DNA from: a virus
Length of the DNA: 64,000 bases
Strand: one strand, 5' to 3'
IMG/VR virus record: IMGVR_UViG_3300044981_000152
Coordinates: 35,221 to 99,220 of that record
Of this stretch, positions 27,205 to 36,122 are shown piece after piece. The translations under genes and the position numbers were made by a program. Below the pieces are notes generated by a model, which was not told where the DNA came from, made no database searches, and saw nothing but the letters and a program-made list of their open reading frames with translations. Numbering within the stretch: position 1 is the stretch's first letter; the number at the start of each line of letters is the position of its first letter.

Positions 27205-28488
27205 GTGAGCCACCCGATCACGCCCGCCCCAGCGCCGGACCGCCCGGCCGCCTCCGACCTGATCACCGTCCTGCGGGACAAGGCTCCCAGGCTGGCGATG
27301 ACGCTGGCCGCCGGGCAGATGGCGTGGCCGCTGGCCGCCCGCCTGCGCGCCCGCGCCCGCGAGATGCGCGCCTACACGGTCAAGGTGCCCGGTTCGGATG
27401 ACATCTACGACGACCTCCACGAGTGGGTGCTCGGCCGGCTGGCACCGAGGGAGCAGCGCGCCCTGGTCGCGTGGTCCTCCAGGCGGGGCATGCTGATGGA
27501 GGCGGCCAGCATCGGCGGCCGGCCTCGCGAGCCCGAGCCCCCGTCGCTTCGGCTGCGCTACGACGGCACCCGCGAGCAGGCCATCACCGCCGGCGGCCAC
27601 AAGGTCAAGGTGGTCGTGGCCGAAGGCGTCCAGGGCAAGGATGAAAGCACCTACTGGAAGCCGCCCGAGATCGTGTTCACCGCATCGTCGGCTGCGGGCC
27701 GTGACGCGCTCCTGGCCGAGATCCGGCGCGTGCTGGCCCGCTCCCGCAGCCGCGAGCGCAGGCCGTCGTTCCGCATGCTGAACTCCTGGGGCGAGTGGGA
27801 GAAGCTCGACGACCTGCCGCCCCGGACCCTGGACAGCGTGGTCCTCCCGGACGGGCAGCTGGAGCGGCTCACCGCCGATGTCGGCCGCTGGCTGGCCAGC
27901 GAGCAGGACTACCTCCGCCGCTGCGTCCCGTGGCATCGCGGCCACCTGTACGAGGGGGCGCCCGGAACCGGCAAGACGTCGGTGGCCCGGGCCATCGCCA
28001 GCCACTTCGGCATGGATGTCTGGTACCTGCCCCTGGCCGACGTGAAGAAGGACGGCGACCTGCTGCGGGTCGCATCCAGGGTCAGCCCCCGGTCCATGCT
28101 GCTGCTGGAAGACGCCGACGTGTTCCACGCCGCCACCAGGCGCGACGACGAGAACGGCGTGACGCTCTCCGGGCTGCTGAACGCGCTCGACGGGATCGCC
28201 ACCCCGCACGGGCTGCTCACCGTGCTGACGAGCAACAACCCCGGCGCCCTGGACTCGGCCGTCATCCGGGCCGGGCGGATCGACCTGACTGAGCACTTCG
28301 GCACCGCCGACGCCATGCAGGTGAGCCGCCTGGTGTCGCGCTGGTACGGGGCGCCGGCCACGGTGCCGGGCGACGTCTGCGGGATCACCCCGGCCGACGT
28401 GATCGAGGCGTGCAAGCGGCACGACGACCCGGCTTCGGCCGTGGCCGACCTCGCCAGCCGGACCGCGGCGGCGGTAAGAGCAGCCTAA
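27205..28488 (+). CDS. BCS1-like AAA ATPase
   Basis: PRTLDSVVL, PWHRGHLYEGAPGTGKTS, LLLEDAD, VTLSGLLNALDG, LDSAVIRAGRID. Confidence 0.9.
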   Translation: MSHPITPAPAPDRPAASDLITVLRDKAPRLAMTLAAGQMAWPLAARLRARAREMRAYTVKVPGSDDIYDDLHEWVLGRLAPREQRALVAWSSRRGMLMEAASIGGRPREPEPPSLRLRYDGTREQAITAGGHKVKVVVAEGVQGKDESTYWKPPEIVFTASSAAGRDALLAEIRRVLARSRSRERRPSFRMLNSWGEWEKLDDLPPRTLDSVVLPDGQLERLTADVGRWLASEQDYLRRCVPWHRGHLYEGAPGTGKTSVARAIASHFGMDVWYLPLADVKKDGDLLRVASRVSPRSMLLLEDADVFHAATRRDDENGVTLSGLLNALDGIATPHGLLTVLTSNNPGALDSAVIRAGRIDLTEHFGTADAMQVSRLVSRWYGAPATVPGDVCGITPADVIEACKRHDDPASAVADLASRTAAAVRAA

Positions 28489-28817
28489 GCGCCGCAGCGG
28501 CACCGTCCCGCGCTGTCGTCCGGCATCATCGACGCCATCGCCGGGCAGCTCGCCTCATGCCGGAACGCGGGCATCTCGGTCACCGTCGTCCACGGCGGGT
28601 GATCGTATCCCCGCGGACGGGGGACGGCTGGCGGCGGTTCCGGCTGCCGGACCTCCCGCAGGAACGCCGCCGCAGCCGTGAACTCCCTGCGCGCCCACGC
28701 GATCACCAGCACCAGGACGGCGGCGAAGGCCGCCGCCGCGGCGATCCAGTCTCCGCGCCAGCCGAGCGCGCCAGCGGCACCGGCCGCGATGAAGCCCCGC
28801 CACATCCGCCCGGTCAC
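28485..28817 (-). CDS. membrane protein
   Basis: Two TM segments; GTGA overlap with the methyltransferase. Confidence 0.55.
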   Translation of the reverse strand: MTGRMWRGFIAAGAAGALGWRGDWIAAAAAFAAVLVLVIAWARREFTAAAAFLREVRQPEPPPAVPRPRGYDHPPWTTVTEMPAFRHEASCPAMASMMPDDSAGRCRCGA

Positions 28818-29587
28818 CGCTTCACCCCGATCCCGCCGAGCACGTACGCCACGCCGAGATCCTTCCCCCCGTTGGGTGCCTCTCTCCAGCCAGGCCGCAG
28901 CTTCGCCGCAGGGGCGACGCCCGGCGACACCAGGTCCAGGCCGTCGAACAGCGCCGCGAACTGCGCGCGGGTGAAGTTGCGCAGCCCCGCCGGGTACGCC
29001 CCCTCCAGCTGGTCCTGCAGCCGCGGGTCATCCAACCGGAGCGTGCTGACCGCCACGAAGCTCCCCGGCGCGATCTTGCTCACGTACTCGGCCATTAGCT
29101 CCGCGGCCTCATCCGGAGGCTGGAAGTGCAGGACCAGGGCGAGCAGCAGGCAGACGGGCCGCTCCAGGTCGATGATCTCCTTCACGCCAGGGTCACCGAA
29201 CACAGCGGCGGGGTCGCGGATGTCAGCACGGGCCACGGCCACGCCCGGCACCCCGTACAGGACCGCGCCGAGAGTGTCGGTGACCTCGGGATCATGGTCG
29301 ATGCAGGCACCGCGTGCGCCGGGGCGCACGGTCCGGGCCCAGTCGTGGGCGTTCCCGTCCGGTGACAGCCCGCAGCCCAGGTCGGCAAACTGGCCGGCCG
29401 ACTGCGCGGCCCACCCGACGGCACGGGCGGCGAACAGGCGGTTGTCCAGCGCCATCCGCGACGCAGGGATGATCCGCCCGACCTGGTCGGCCTTAGCCTT
29501 GTCGGCCGGTTCCCAGTCGGTGCCGCCCAGCCAGTAGTTGAACATCCGGGCGCAGCTCGGCTGGCCCGGGCCGCCGACTGGCGTCAC
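28814..29587 (-). CDS. actinobacterial SAM-dependent methyltransferase (Methyltransf_19-like)
   Basis: PSCARMFNYWLGG, NRLF, QFADLGCGL, DHDPEV, LHF, FDGLDLVSPG. Confidence 0.9.
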   Translation of the reverse strand: MTPVGGPGQPSCARMFNYWLGGTDWEPADKAKADQVGRIIPASRMALDNRLFAARAVGWAAQSAGQFADLGCGLSPDGNAHDWARTVRPGARGACIDHDPEVTDTLGAVLYGVPGVAVARADIRDPAAVFGDPGVKEIIDLERPVCLLLALVLHFQPPDEAAELMAEYVSKIAPGSFVAVSTLRLDDPRLQDQLEGAYPAGLRNFTRAQFAALFDGLDLVSPGVAPAAKLRPGWREAPNGGKDLGVAYVLGGIGVKR

Positions 29588-29904
29588 CCGGTCCCCCGCA
29601 GCCCTCCGGCAGAAGCCTGCCCGCCCGCGACCGCGCCGGGCTCCGTCCGGGCCGCGACGCGCAGGCGGGCGTTCTCGCCGGCCAGCGCGCTGCCGAGCTG
29701 GACCAGCCGCCAGTTGAGCCGGAGCGTGAACGCCGCGAACAGGGCCACGGCGGCGGCGATGAGGCCGGATGCCCCGGTCAGCAGGTTCCCGAAGGCCAGG
29801 TTGACGACGGACTCCCCGGCCAGCCATGCGGCGGCGGCGAGCAGGAGCACCAGTGCCGCGCGGTGGCTGAGCGGGGGCCGGCCCTGGTGCGGTGCTGCGG
29901 ACAT
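29584..29904 (-). CDS. membrane protein
   Basis: Two TM segments; coupled. Confidence 0.55.
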   Translation of the reverse strand: MSAAPHQGRPPLSHRAALVLLLAAAAWLAGESVVNLAFGNLLTGASGLIAAAVALFAAFTLRLNWRLVQLGSALAGENARLRVAARTEPGAVAGGQASAGGLRGTG

Positions 29905-30153
29905 CGGAATCCTCTCGCTCGCTGCCGTTCCCGACATGGCCGGGCACGGAGCCGGCCTGGCGGAGCAAGCCCGGCCCCGTGCCCTCGTCTTTGGCGGAGG
30001 CCGTCCCGGCGGCGCGGGGTTCGGGGCGGAGGGAGCTATCGGCTCCCTCGCGCGCCCGCCCGCCGGGCCGGCCTCCGTGATGCGCAGCGGTTTCCTCCGG
30101 CGTCCCCGGGGGGGAGGGGGTACCCGTCATCCGTCGCCGCGCCGGCCCGGACG

Positions 30154-30450
30154 TTAGCCGCCCGGGTCCGCCTTGATGTTTTCTCCGCCGCCCGGCCCGG
30201 ACGGCGCGTGCTCTTCCTGCTCGGCGAGGGCTTCCCGCAGCTTCGCCGCGGTGTCGCCGTCCACTGTCATGGCCCACGCCGCCGCGGCGTCGAAGGGCAG
30301 GTCGTCCGGCTTCTCGCGGCGACCGGTCCTGGTCGCCCAGAACCGCCCGGCGCTGGACTTCCACGCGTGCCAGCCGGGGAACCTGGCTCGTATCGCCGTC
30401 AGCTCCCCGGTGTCCTGCGCCCGGCCGCCGCTGCCCGCGGCCGCGCTCAC
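30154..30450 (-). CDS. small actinobacterial protein (FPGW...RFWATR motif)
   Basis: RFPGWHAWKSSAGRFWATR...TVDGDTAAKLREAL. Confidence 0.7.
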   Translation of the reverse strand: MSAAAGSGGRAQDTGELTAIRARFPGWHAWKSSAGRFWATRTGRREKPDDLPFDAAAAWAMTVDGDTAAKLREALAEQEEHAPSGPGGGENIKADPGG

Positions 30451-30722
30451 AGTCCGCTCCCGCGTGCGAAATCGGCCCGGATCGCAGAATCGAGGCCTTC
30501 CAGGGTGGAAGCGGTGATCACCGGCCCTCCGGTGAGCCTGTAGGCGTGATACGCGCCGTCCGCGCGGCCGACGTCGTACGCCGAACTCCATTTTCGCTGA
30601 AGTTCGGCCAGCGCCACCTCGTCCGCTGTCGGCCATGCTGGGGCCGCGCAGTCCGTCGCAGCGTCGGCGGCGGTCGGCCATGCGGTGACGGCAGGCGCGG
30701 ATAGCGAAGACTGGTCGAGCAT
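30447..30722 (-). CDS. small hypothetical protein
   Basis: LAELQRKWSSAYDV...LDSAIRADF; similar layout to the downstream ORF. Confidence 0.6.
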   Translation of the reverse strand: MLDQSSLSAPAVTAWPTAADAATDCAAPAWPTADEVALAELQRKWSSAYDVGRADGAYHAYRLTGGPVITASTLEGLDSAIRADFARGSGL

Positions 30723-30998
30723 GATGATTCCCACCCCACGGCAGCCTCTCGGGCCGCCAGTATCAGATTTTCGCGCGCTTGGTCCGGACGCAATGCTCTG
30801 AACGTCTAGCAACGTAGCCGCTGCACGTGCAGCGGGAAAGTGTTTGCGCCGATACAAAAGCGGGACGGATGTGTCCCGTAATCTTCATCTCGTCTTCACG
30901 CGATCTTCACGCGGCCTCCATATCCACTCTGGCCTGCACATCTGCCGTGACGTGATGTGACCGGCGGATTATCGCCCGATGAGATCCCGGTTCATGAG

Positions 30999-31014
30999 TG
31001 TGATGCAGATCACA
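30999..31014. promoter_or_regulatory. CRP/GlxR-consensus site
   Basis: TGTGA-TGCAGA-TCACA, exact TGTGA-N6-TCACA, in a divergent intergenic region. Confidence 0.55.
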
Positions 31015-31102
31015 GTGGTCTGCAGATGTCCGGTGTCCGCGCCGGATGCCCGCAGAGTTACCGGACCGCAGGCACGGGTAAGCCGCTGTCTATGGTCTCC
31101 TC

Positions 31103-31390
31103 ATGACGGAGCGCGACGCCCCCCGCTTCCCGCCGCGCGGGCGTAAATTGGTCTACGTGGCGATAGCGGACGTGCTCGCGGCCAGGATCGAGGACGGGAC
31201 CTACCCGCCGGAGGGGCGGCTGCCCGCCGAGCTGGATCTCGTCGCCGAGTTCGGGTCCTCGCGGGAATCGGTGCGCCGCGCAGTCGACGAGCTGCGCAAA
31301 CGCGGGCTAGTCGAGACGGTGAAGGGGAAGGGCACTTTCATCCTGCCGGCCGGGGAGCGGCCGAACGGTCAGCGTAGTGCCGGGGACTGA
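31103..31390 (+). CDS. GntR-family winged-HTH regulator
   Basis: YVAIADVLAARIEDG...RLPAELDL...SRESVRRAVDEL...GKGTFI. Confidence 0.92.
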   Translation: MTERDAPRFPPRGRKLVYVAIADVLAARIEDGTYPPEGRLPAELDLVAEFGSSRESVRRAVDELRKRGLVETVKGKGTFILPAGERPNGQRSAGD

Positions 31391-31435
31391 CGAAACCGCA
31401 GCGACGAGGGGTGAGGGAAAGGCGGTTGATATCCC

Positions 31436-31900
31436 TCACGCGGGCGGATTGTTTCCCTCGCGCGGCCGGCAGGCGTTCACCGCGGCTACGATGAGCGCGG
31501 CCAGCTCGGGGGTGCCCACCAGCCCGATGACGGGATCGTCGTCGGCCGGCCCGTCGCCCACCTGCCGGTAGAGCGCCGGGACCTTCCGGCCCTGGCAGGT
31601 GGTGACTGACTGCCGGAGCGTGACACCCGCACCGGCCAGTTCCGCATGCCCGGCCAGTAGCGCCCGGAGGCGCCGGTTCTCCGCTGCCAGCTCTTTCACC
31701 CGCCGCTCCGGCGGCGTGCAGTCGCAGGCCGGGCAGATGGACGGGCCTCCCGCCGACAGCGGGTAGTCCTCCGCTCCGCAGCCGGTACACGGTCCCGGGT
31801 GCGGGCCGAAGTTGAGGCCGTTGATGCCGAGGCAGTGCGGGCACGAAGCCCAGCTGGAGCGGCCATGCGGGCACGGAGCGGACGTCACCGAGTTCGTCAC
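31436..31900 (-). CDS. Cys-rich hypothetical protein
   Basis: Several CxxC motifs; coupled. Confidence 0.6.
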   Translation of the reverse strand: MTNSVTSAPCPHGRSSWASCPHCLGINGLNFGPHPGPCTGCGAEDYPLSAGGPSICPACDCTPPERRVKELAAENRRLRALLAGHAELAGAGVTLRQSVTTCQGRKVPALYRQVGDGPADDDPVIGLVGTPELAALIVAAVNACRPREGNNPPA

Positions 31901-32103
31901 GACTTCCGCGCCTCCTCCGCCGCCCACGCCGCCATCCCCCACGCCTCGATCATGGTCAGGTCCGCCGTCTTGGCCAGCCAGTGGCACACCTTCCCGCGCG
32001 AGTCCAGGCCCTTGACGACCACGAGGGCTTCCAGCGGCTGGGACAGGTCGCAGTCGTCCATGTCCAGCGGCAGCCCGAAGGCGCTGAATCCGGCGTCACT
32101 CAC
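31897..32103 (-). CDS. hypothetical protein
   Basis: GTGA overlaps. Confidence 0.6.
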   Translation of the reverse strand: MSDAGFSAFGLPLDMDDCDLSQPLEALVVVKGLDSRGKVCHWLAKTADLTMIEAWGMAAWAAEEARKS

Positions 32104-32258
32104 TCGTCATCGGTTTCCAGCGCCACGTCGCACGGCAGGCCGCACCCGGTGCAGATGTACGTCCGGGTGGTCTTCCCCTGGACGCTGAGCACGGCACGGC
32201 AGCAGGCCGATACCAGCCGGCCAGTGTGCCAGCGCGGAGAGAAGCCGTCCTCGGTCAC
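32100..32258 (-). CDS. small Zn-ribbon protein
   Basis: SACC...YICTGCGLPCD; probable leaderless GTG. Confidence 0.55.
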   Translation of the reverse strand: MTEDGFSPRWHTGRLVSACCRAVLSVQGKTTRTYICTGCGLPCDVALETDDE

Positions 32259-32317
32259 GGCCTTAGTGTGCCACGTCGCCAGCCTTGAGCGCGGCGAGGA
32301 CGTTGCGGCGGGCTGGC

Positions 32318-32467
32318 TCAGCCGTTGTGGTACATCTGCGGGACCGGCTGGCTCCCGTTGTGATACATGGCCGCGGTGCCTGCGGGGGCTGCCGCGGTGG
32401 CGACGGTGACGGCGGGCACGGTGAGGGCGGCGGCACCGATGAAGACGGCGGCTATGAGCTTGCGCAT
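32318..32467 (-). CDS. 49-aa secreted pro-peptide with two MYHNG copies (not in ORF track)
   Basis: GGAGG RBS 8 nt before ATG; MRKLIAAVFIGAAALTVPAVTVATAAAPAGTAA-MYHNG-SQPVPQ-MYHNG*; the copies differ only at synonymous positions. Confidence 0.85.
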   Translation of the reverse strand: MRKLIAAVFIGAAALTVPAVTVATAAAPAGTAAMYHNGSQPVPQMYHNG

Positions 32468-32589
32468 GATGCGCACCTCCAGGCGCACTGTGCCAGGGGC
32501 GGGTCTTAGACCGCTCGTGGCTTACCACGGCCCCGGAAACATCGTGGCATCCGCGGCTGGCGGGCCCGGCCGTCCGGAAGGGGCGAACC

Positions 32590-32790
32590 GTGCACGAGAC
32601 CCTCAAGCGGTTCCGCGACCCCGAGCTTGACCTGTGCGCCATGCTCTGTGACCTCATCATCGACATCCGGCGCATCCTCATCCACCCCGACTTGCAGAAT
32701 CACGTCAAGCTCGCCTGCATTGCGGAGGCCGTGGACGAGCTAGCGCCACCCCCGCCTCCGGACCTGACGGCACCGCGGCCGGAGGGGTGA
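32590..32790 (+). CDS. hypothetical protein divergent from the peptide gene
   Basis: GAAGGGG RBS; protein-like 66 aa. Confidence 0.55.
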   Translation: MHETLKRFRDPELDLCAMLCDLIIDIRRILIHPDLQNHVKLACIAEAVDELAPPPPPDLTAPRPEG

Positions 32791-32880
32791 TGCCGGTGTT
32801 CTTCTGGGAATCTGACCCCGCGGTCCTGGCCGCGTACGACCCCGATCCGGCCGGGCAGGACGAGCGCGACGACGAGCGCG

Positions 32881-33102
32881 TCACGCCGCAGGCTGCCGCA
32901 CCCACGTCGCGATCCGTGCGTCCTCGCTGATCCGCGCGAGCTCGGCCACCAGCTCCGTCACGTCGGTGATGATCTGGCGTGCTGCGGACTGCGCTGGCGT
33001 GCCCGTCGCGAGGCTCTTGCGGACGACGCCCGCGCAGCTGGCGATCCGCCGCGCGAGCTTGTCGGCGGTGGCAGTGTGCTGCCGCTGCGAGGCGATGATC
33101 AT
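32881..33102 (-). CDS. hypothetical helical protein
   Basis: Protein-like ORF; start uncertain. Confidence 0.45.
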   Translation of the reverse strand: MIIASQRQHTATADKLARRIASCAGVVRKSLATGTPAQSAARQIITDVTELVAELARISEDARIATWVRQPAA

Positions 33103-33288
33103 GGTCAGGTCGGTGGGCTGAACGGACAACGGGGGTCTCCTTGTCGCCAGAAAAACGCGGTCCTGTGCGGACCGCGCCGTCTTGCCTTGAAATGTGAACG
33201 ACACCCGAACGCGCGTCAATATGGCATAAGCCACGGTTTGCAGCGGCCTGGCAGCGGGGATATCCAGCGGATACCCCTCTTGTCGGCC

Positions 33289-33726
33289 TCAGTAGCCGAG
33301 GATCCGGGCAGCCATGAAGTCCGGGTCCATCGCCATGTCCTCGTCGCTGCGGTCTTTGTCCACCACGAACCGCATCACCGCCGTAACGCCGTGGTGCAAG
33401 GTCTGGCCGTCCAGCTTCCTGATCGCCTGACTGGTGACCTCAACCTGGATCCGGCCATAGGGACGCCACCCTGCCTCCTCCAGCGCCTCGAGGGCTTCCT
33501 CCGCACGGTCCAGGAGGTGCGCCCGGACCTCGTGTGCGGCCTGAGCGGTTCCCCGTTCGGCATCGAGAGGGGCATCGGGGTCTACCTTGACGTCCGCCTC
33601 GAAGCTGTACGGCCCTTCGGGGTACAGGCCGCCGCTGTCACGGGCCTGCTCGTATTTCGTGATCCTCAGCCACGGATCGGCGATCTGGTGGATGGCGGCT
33701 ATCTCCTGCACGCTGGCGAGGCTCAC
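33289..33726 (-). CDS. hypothetical protein
   Basis: GTGA overlap with the lipoprotein. Confidence 0.6.
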   Translation of the reverse strand: MSLASVQEIAAIHQIADPWLRITKYEQARDSGGLYPEGPYSFEADVKVDPDAPLDAERGTAQAAHEVRAHLLDRAEEALEALEEAGWRPYGRIQVEVTSQAIRKLDGQTLHHGVTAVMRFVVDKDRSDEDMAMDPDFMAARILGY

Positions 33727-34124
33727 GATACTTCCGATTCCGGCTGCCATGACACCTGATCGCTGGCCAGCAGGAGGGTCACCAGCCCGTTCCAGACCGT
33801 CCCGTCCGTATACGTGATGTCGCAGCTGACCGTGTACGTGTCAGCAGGATTGGCCTTCACCGTGGACTTGAAGCAGTTCGCCTTGGTCACCACGGAGCCG
33901 TCCTTGGCGGTGGTCCCGACCATGGACTGCTCAGCATCCTGCGCGATGCACGCATGACTCGTGCAGACAGCCGCAGGGGTCGGACTCGGAGGCGGAGCGG
34001 CCAGGGCGGACGCTGACGGGGAGCCCGCGGGCAGCGGCGGGGGCGAGCTGGCAGCAGCGCAGCCAGTCAGGGCTAGAGCGGCAGCGACGAGAAGTGCGGC
34101 GAATGCGGCGTGTCTTCGGTTCAT
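33723..34124 (-). CDS. lipoprotein
   Basis: Signal peptide with LTGC lipobox, Pro-rich linker, four-Cys domain. Confidence 0.85.
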   Translation of the reverse strand: MNRRHAAFAALLVAAALALTGCAAASSPPPLPAGSPSASALAAPPPSPTPAAVCTSHACIAQDAEQSMVGTTAKDGSVVTKANCFKSTVKANPADTYTVSCDITYTDGTVWNGLVTLLLASDQVSWQPESEVS

Positions 34125-34251
34125 GGTGTCCCTCCCCCGGCGCGGGCTCCGGTGGCCGCGCCCTTAGGTAAAGGAAACGCCCGGAACGCGGCGAGGGCGC
34201 GCAGATTGCATGAACCTGACGTGGTCCCGTGACCGGGTTGTATCCGTTCCG

Positions 34252-35118
34252 CTAGGCCGTCCGCAGGTCGTCGAGCGCCCGCCGGATGATCGCGGCGGCG
34301 TCGCCGCCGATACTGGCCGCCTCGCGCAACTGCCCCAGGTACTTCTCGTATCGCGCCACCTGATCGCCCTCGGCCAGCTCCAGCTCGCGCTCGATCGACT
34401 CCACGATGACCAGGTCGTCGTACAGCCGGAAGCCGCTGAGCGGGTAGACCGGCAGCGCGGCCTCATCCGGGATGATCCCGAGCTCCAGCGCCGACAGGCC
34501 CGAAGCGGACATCAGCCACGTGAGCTGCCCGGCCAGCACGGGGACGGACACGACGCGGGAGCGCAGCGCGGCCTGGAGCATGATCACCGTGACCTGGTGG
34601 TCATGCCCGGACAGCACCCGCTGGCGCTGCAGCCGCACGTCGACCATCCGCTCGAGCTCGTCTTCGCTGGCGCCGAAGCTGAGCGGCCCGCACGGCAGGC
34701 GCAGCATTTCCCGCGCGTACTCGGCGGTCTGGACCAGGCCCGAGATCATGGCAGGCTGGAACTCCGCGATCCGGGCCGACTGCGCCTCGTAGGCCAGGAT
34801 GTCGGCCTGCACGCCATCAGCCCCGGCCTCGCGGAAGGCGTCCTTCCATGTCACGGACTCGACGCGCGCACTGCGGAGCATCCCGAGCAGTTCCGCGACG
34901 GCCTCAGTTGAGGCACCCGTGGCGGCGGCCCACGCAGTTACGTCCTCTTCGCCGGGGAGCTGCTTGAAGGTTTCGATCTTCGACACCTTGGACTGGCCAG
35001 CGGCCCCCCATCCGAGCATCCCGGCCAGGCGGGCACCACTGAACCCGGCACCCACCCGGAGCGCCTTGAGCGCCTCAGCGAGCCGCCTGCGCTCGCGCTG
35101 GTAAGCGGGTGTCGTCAA
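34252..35118 (-). CDS. XRE HTH plus DUF5753 regulator (WhiJ/Scr1-like)
   Basis: HTH ...QSKVSKIET; ISGLVQTAEYAR, RLQRQRVL, LELGIIP. Confidence 0.9.
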   Translation of the reverse strand: MTTPAYQRERRRLAEALKALRVGAGFSGARLAGMLGWGAAGQSKVSKIETFKQLPGEEDVTAWAAATGASTEAVAELLGMLRSARVESVTWKDAFREAGADGVQADILAYEAQSARIAEFQPAMISGLVQTAEYAREMLRLPCGPLSFGASEDELERMVDVRLQRQRVLSGHDHQVTVIMLQAALRSRVVSVPVLAGQLTWLMSASGLSALELGIIPDEAALPVYPLSGFRLYDDLVIVESIERELELAEGDQVARYEKYLGQLREAASIGGDAAAIIRRALDDLRTA

Positions 35119-35128
35119 TCAGGCCCTC

Positions 35129-35698
35129 TCAGGACGCGGCCAGCAGTTCCCTGCGGCGCATGTAGTCGGCGTACGGGATTGCCCAGTGCAGGGCGGCGTC
35201 CCGCCAGTAGGCGTGACTGACGATCGCGCCGGGGTCGCTGACCTGCCTGATGTACTCGAAGCGGCCTTCGCGGTCGTACCGCATGACCCACAGGTCGCTG
35301 GAATCGAAAAGCCAGTAGTCGTCAAGAGTGCCGAGCGTGCCCAGGCTCGGCACCGGGGTCTCGCTGGCTGGCAGGATGCGGATGTCCTCGCCGGCCTTCA
35401 CGTTCGGCGGGTAGCTCCACTCCAGCTCATACCGCAGGTAGTCCGTCAGCGGCTCGTTCACCAGGTGGACGCGCTGGACGGTCTTCCCGGCCGCCGCAGC
35501 GTATTCGAGCATCGCGACCCAGGCGCTCTTGGCTTCGTCGCGCGGCCGCGCCCGGCCGGCCAGGAAGGCGCGGTAGGGCTCGATCTCGTAGCTCACGTCG
35601 TAGACCTGGAGCGTTTCGAGCCGGTAGGCGGTGTGCTTGAAGCTGGCGAACAGCGCGTCGAACTCCGGGCTGGTTACGTCGGTGATCCGCCTGCCCAT
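35129..35698 (-). CDS. DUF6879 family protein
   Basis: FKHTAYRLET...Y, PLTDYLRYE, NVKAGEDIRIL, DYWLFD, WRDAALHWAIPY. Confidence 0.88.
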   Translation of the reverse strand: MGRRITDVTSPEFDALFASFKHTAYRLETLQVYDVSYEIEPYRAFLAGRARPRDEAKSAWVAMLEYAAAAGKTVQRVHLVNEPLTDYLRYELEWSYPPNVKAGEDIRILPASETPVPSLGTLGTLDDYWLFDSSDLWVMRYDREGRFEYIRQVSDPGAIVSHAYWRDAALHWAIPYADYMRRRELLAAS

Positions 35699-35700
35699 GG

Positions 35701-35919
35701 CTAGCCCCGCTGCGCGCGGATCTTGTCAGCCGCCCGGATGATGATGTCCGGGTTGAGGTAGACGGCCCGCTCGCCGGGCAGGACGTCGGGGATGCCCGCG
35801 AGCGTGCCCCCGTCGACTTCCTGGCCGAGCACGACGGCCATGCCGTCCTCGCGCATCCGCACCGAGGGGCATCCGCCGTTGCCGGAGTTGGCGTCTTTGG
35901 CTAGCAGGGTCGTCTTCAT
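35701..35919 (-). CDS. small DUF397-like protein
   Basis: KDANSGNGGCPSV motif; usual first gene of the DUF6879/DUF5753 triad. Confidence 0.7.
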   Translation of the reverse strand: MKTTLLAKDANSGNGGCPSVRMREDGMAVVLGQEVDGGTLAGIPDVLPGERAVYLNPDIIIRAADKIRAQRG

Positions 35920-35940
35920 GGTGTCTCCGTTCCTCACGAT

Positions 35941-36095
35941 AGCCATTCACGGTGCCATCTGACTAGCACTGTCTGAGCATCATGCGCAGGTCAAGCCTAT
36001 CCGGTCAAGAGCGAACCTGAGCAACCCTGAGCTATAGTGCATAATGCGTAAGTTATGCTTGACCTATGCACGATGCGGGCTTACGCTCAGAACAG
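35941..36095. promoter_or_regulatory. AT-richer divergent promoter/operator region
   Basis: CTGAGC x3 plus inverted GCTCAG; GGTCAAG x2 plus inverted CTTGACC; GCATAA..TTATGC. Confidence 0.65.
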
Positions 36096-36122
36096 AAGCC
36101 AACGGAGCGAACCGGAGCTGAC

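Noticed and set aside
32318-32467. Canonical arbitrium locus or biarylitide RiPP
   Set aside because: No TPR/RRNPP receptor and no P450 in the window; the motif is YH rather than YxH and follows a signal peptide
32285-32681. ORF-track calls 32285-32509, 32367-32630 and the long 5' part of 32100-32681
   Set aside because: Shadows of the 49-aa peptide gene, which has the RBS and the synonymous-repeat evidence
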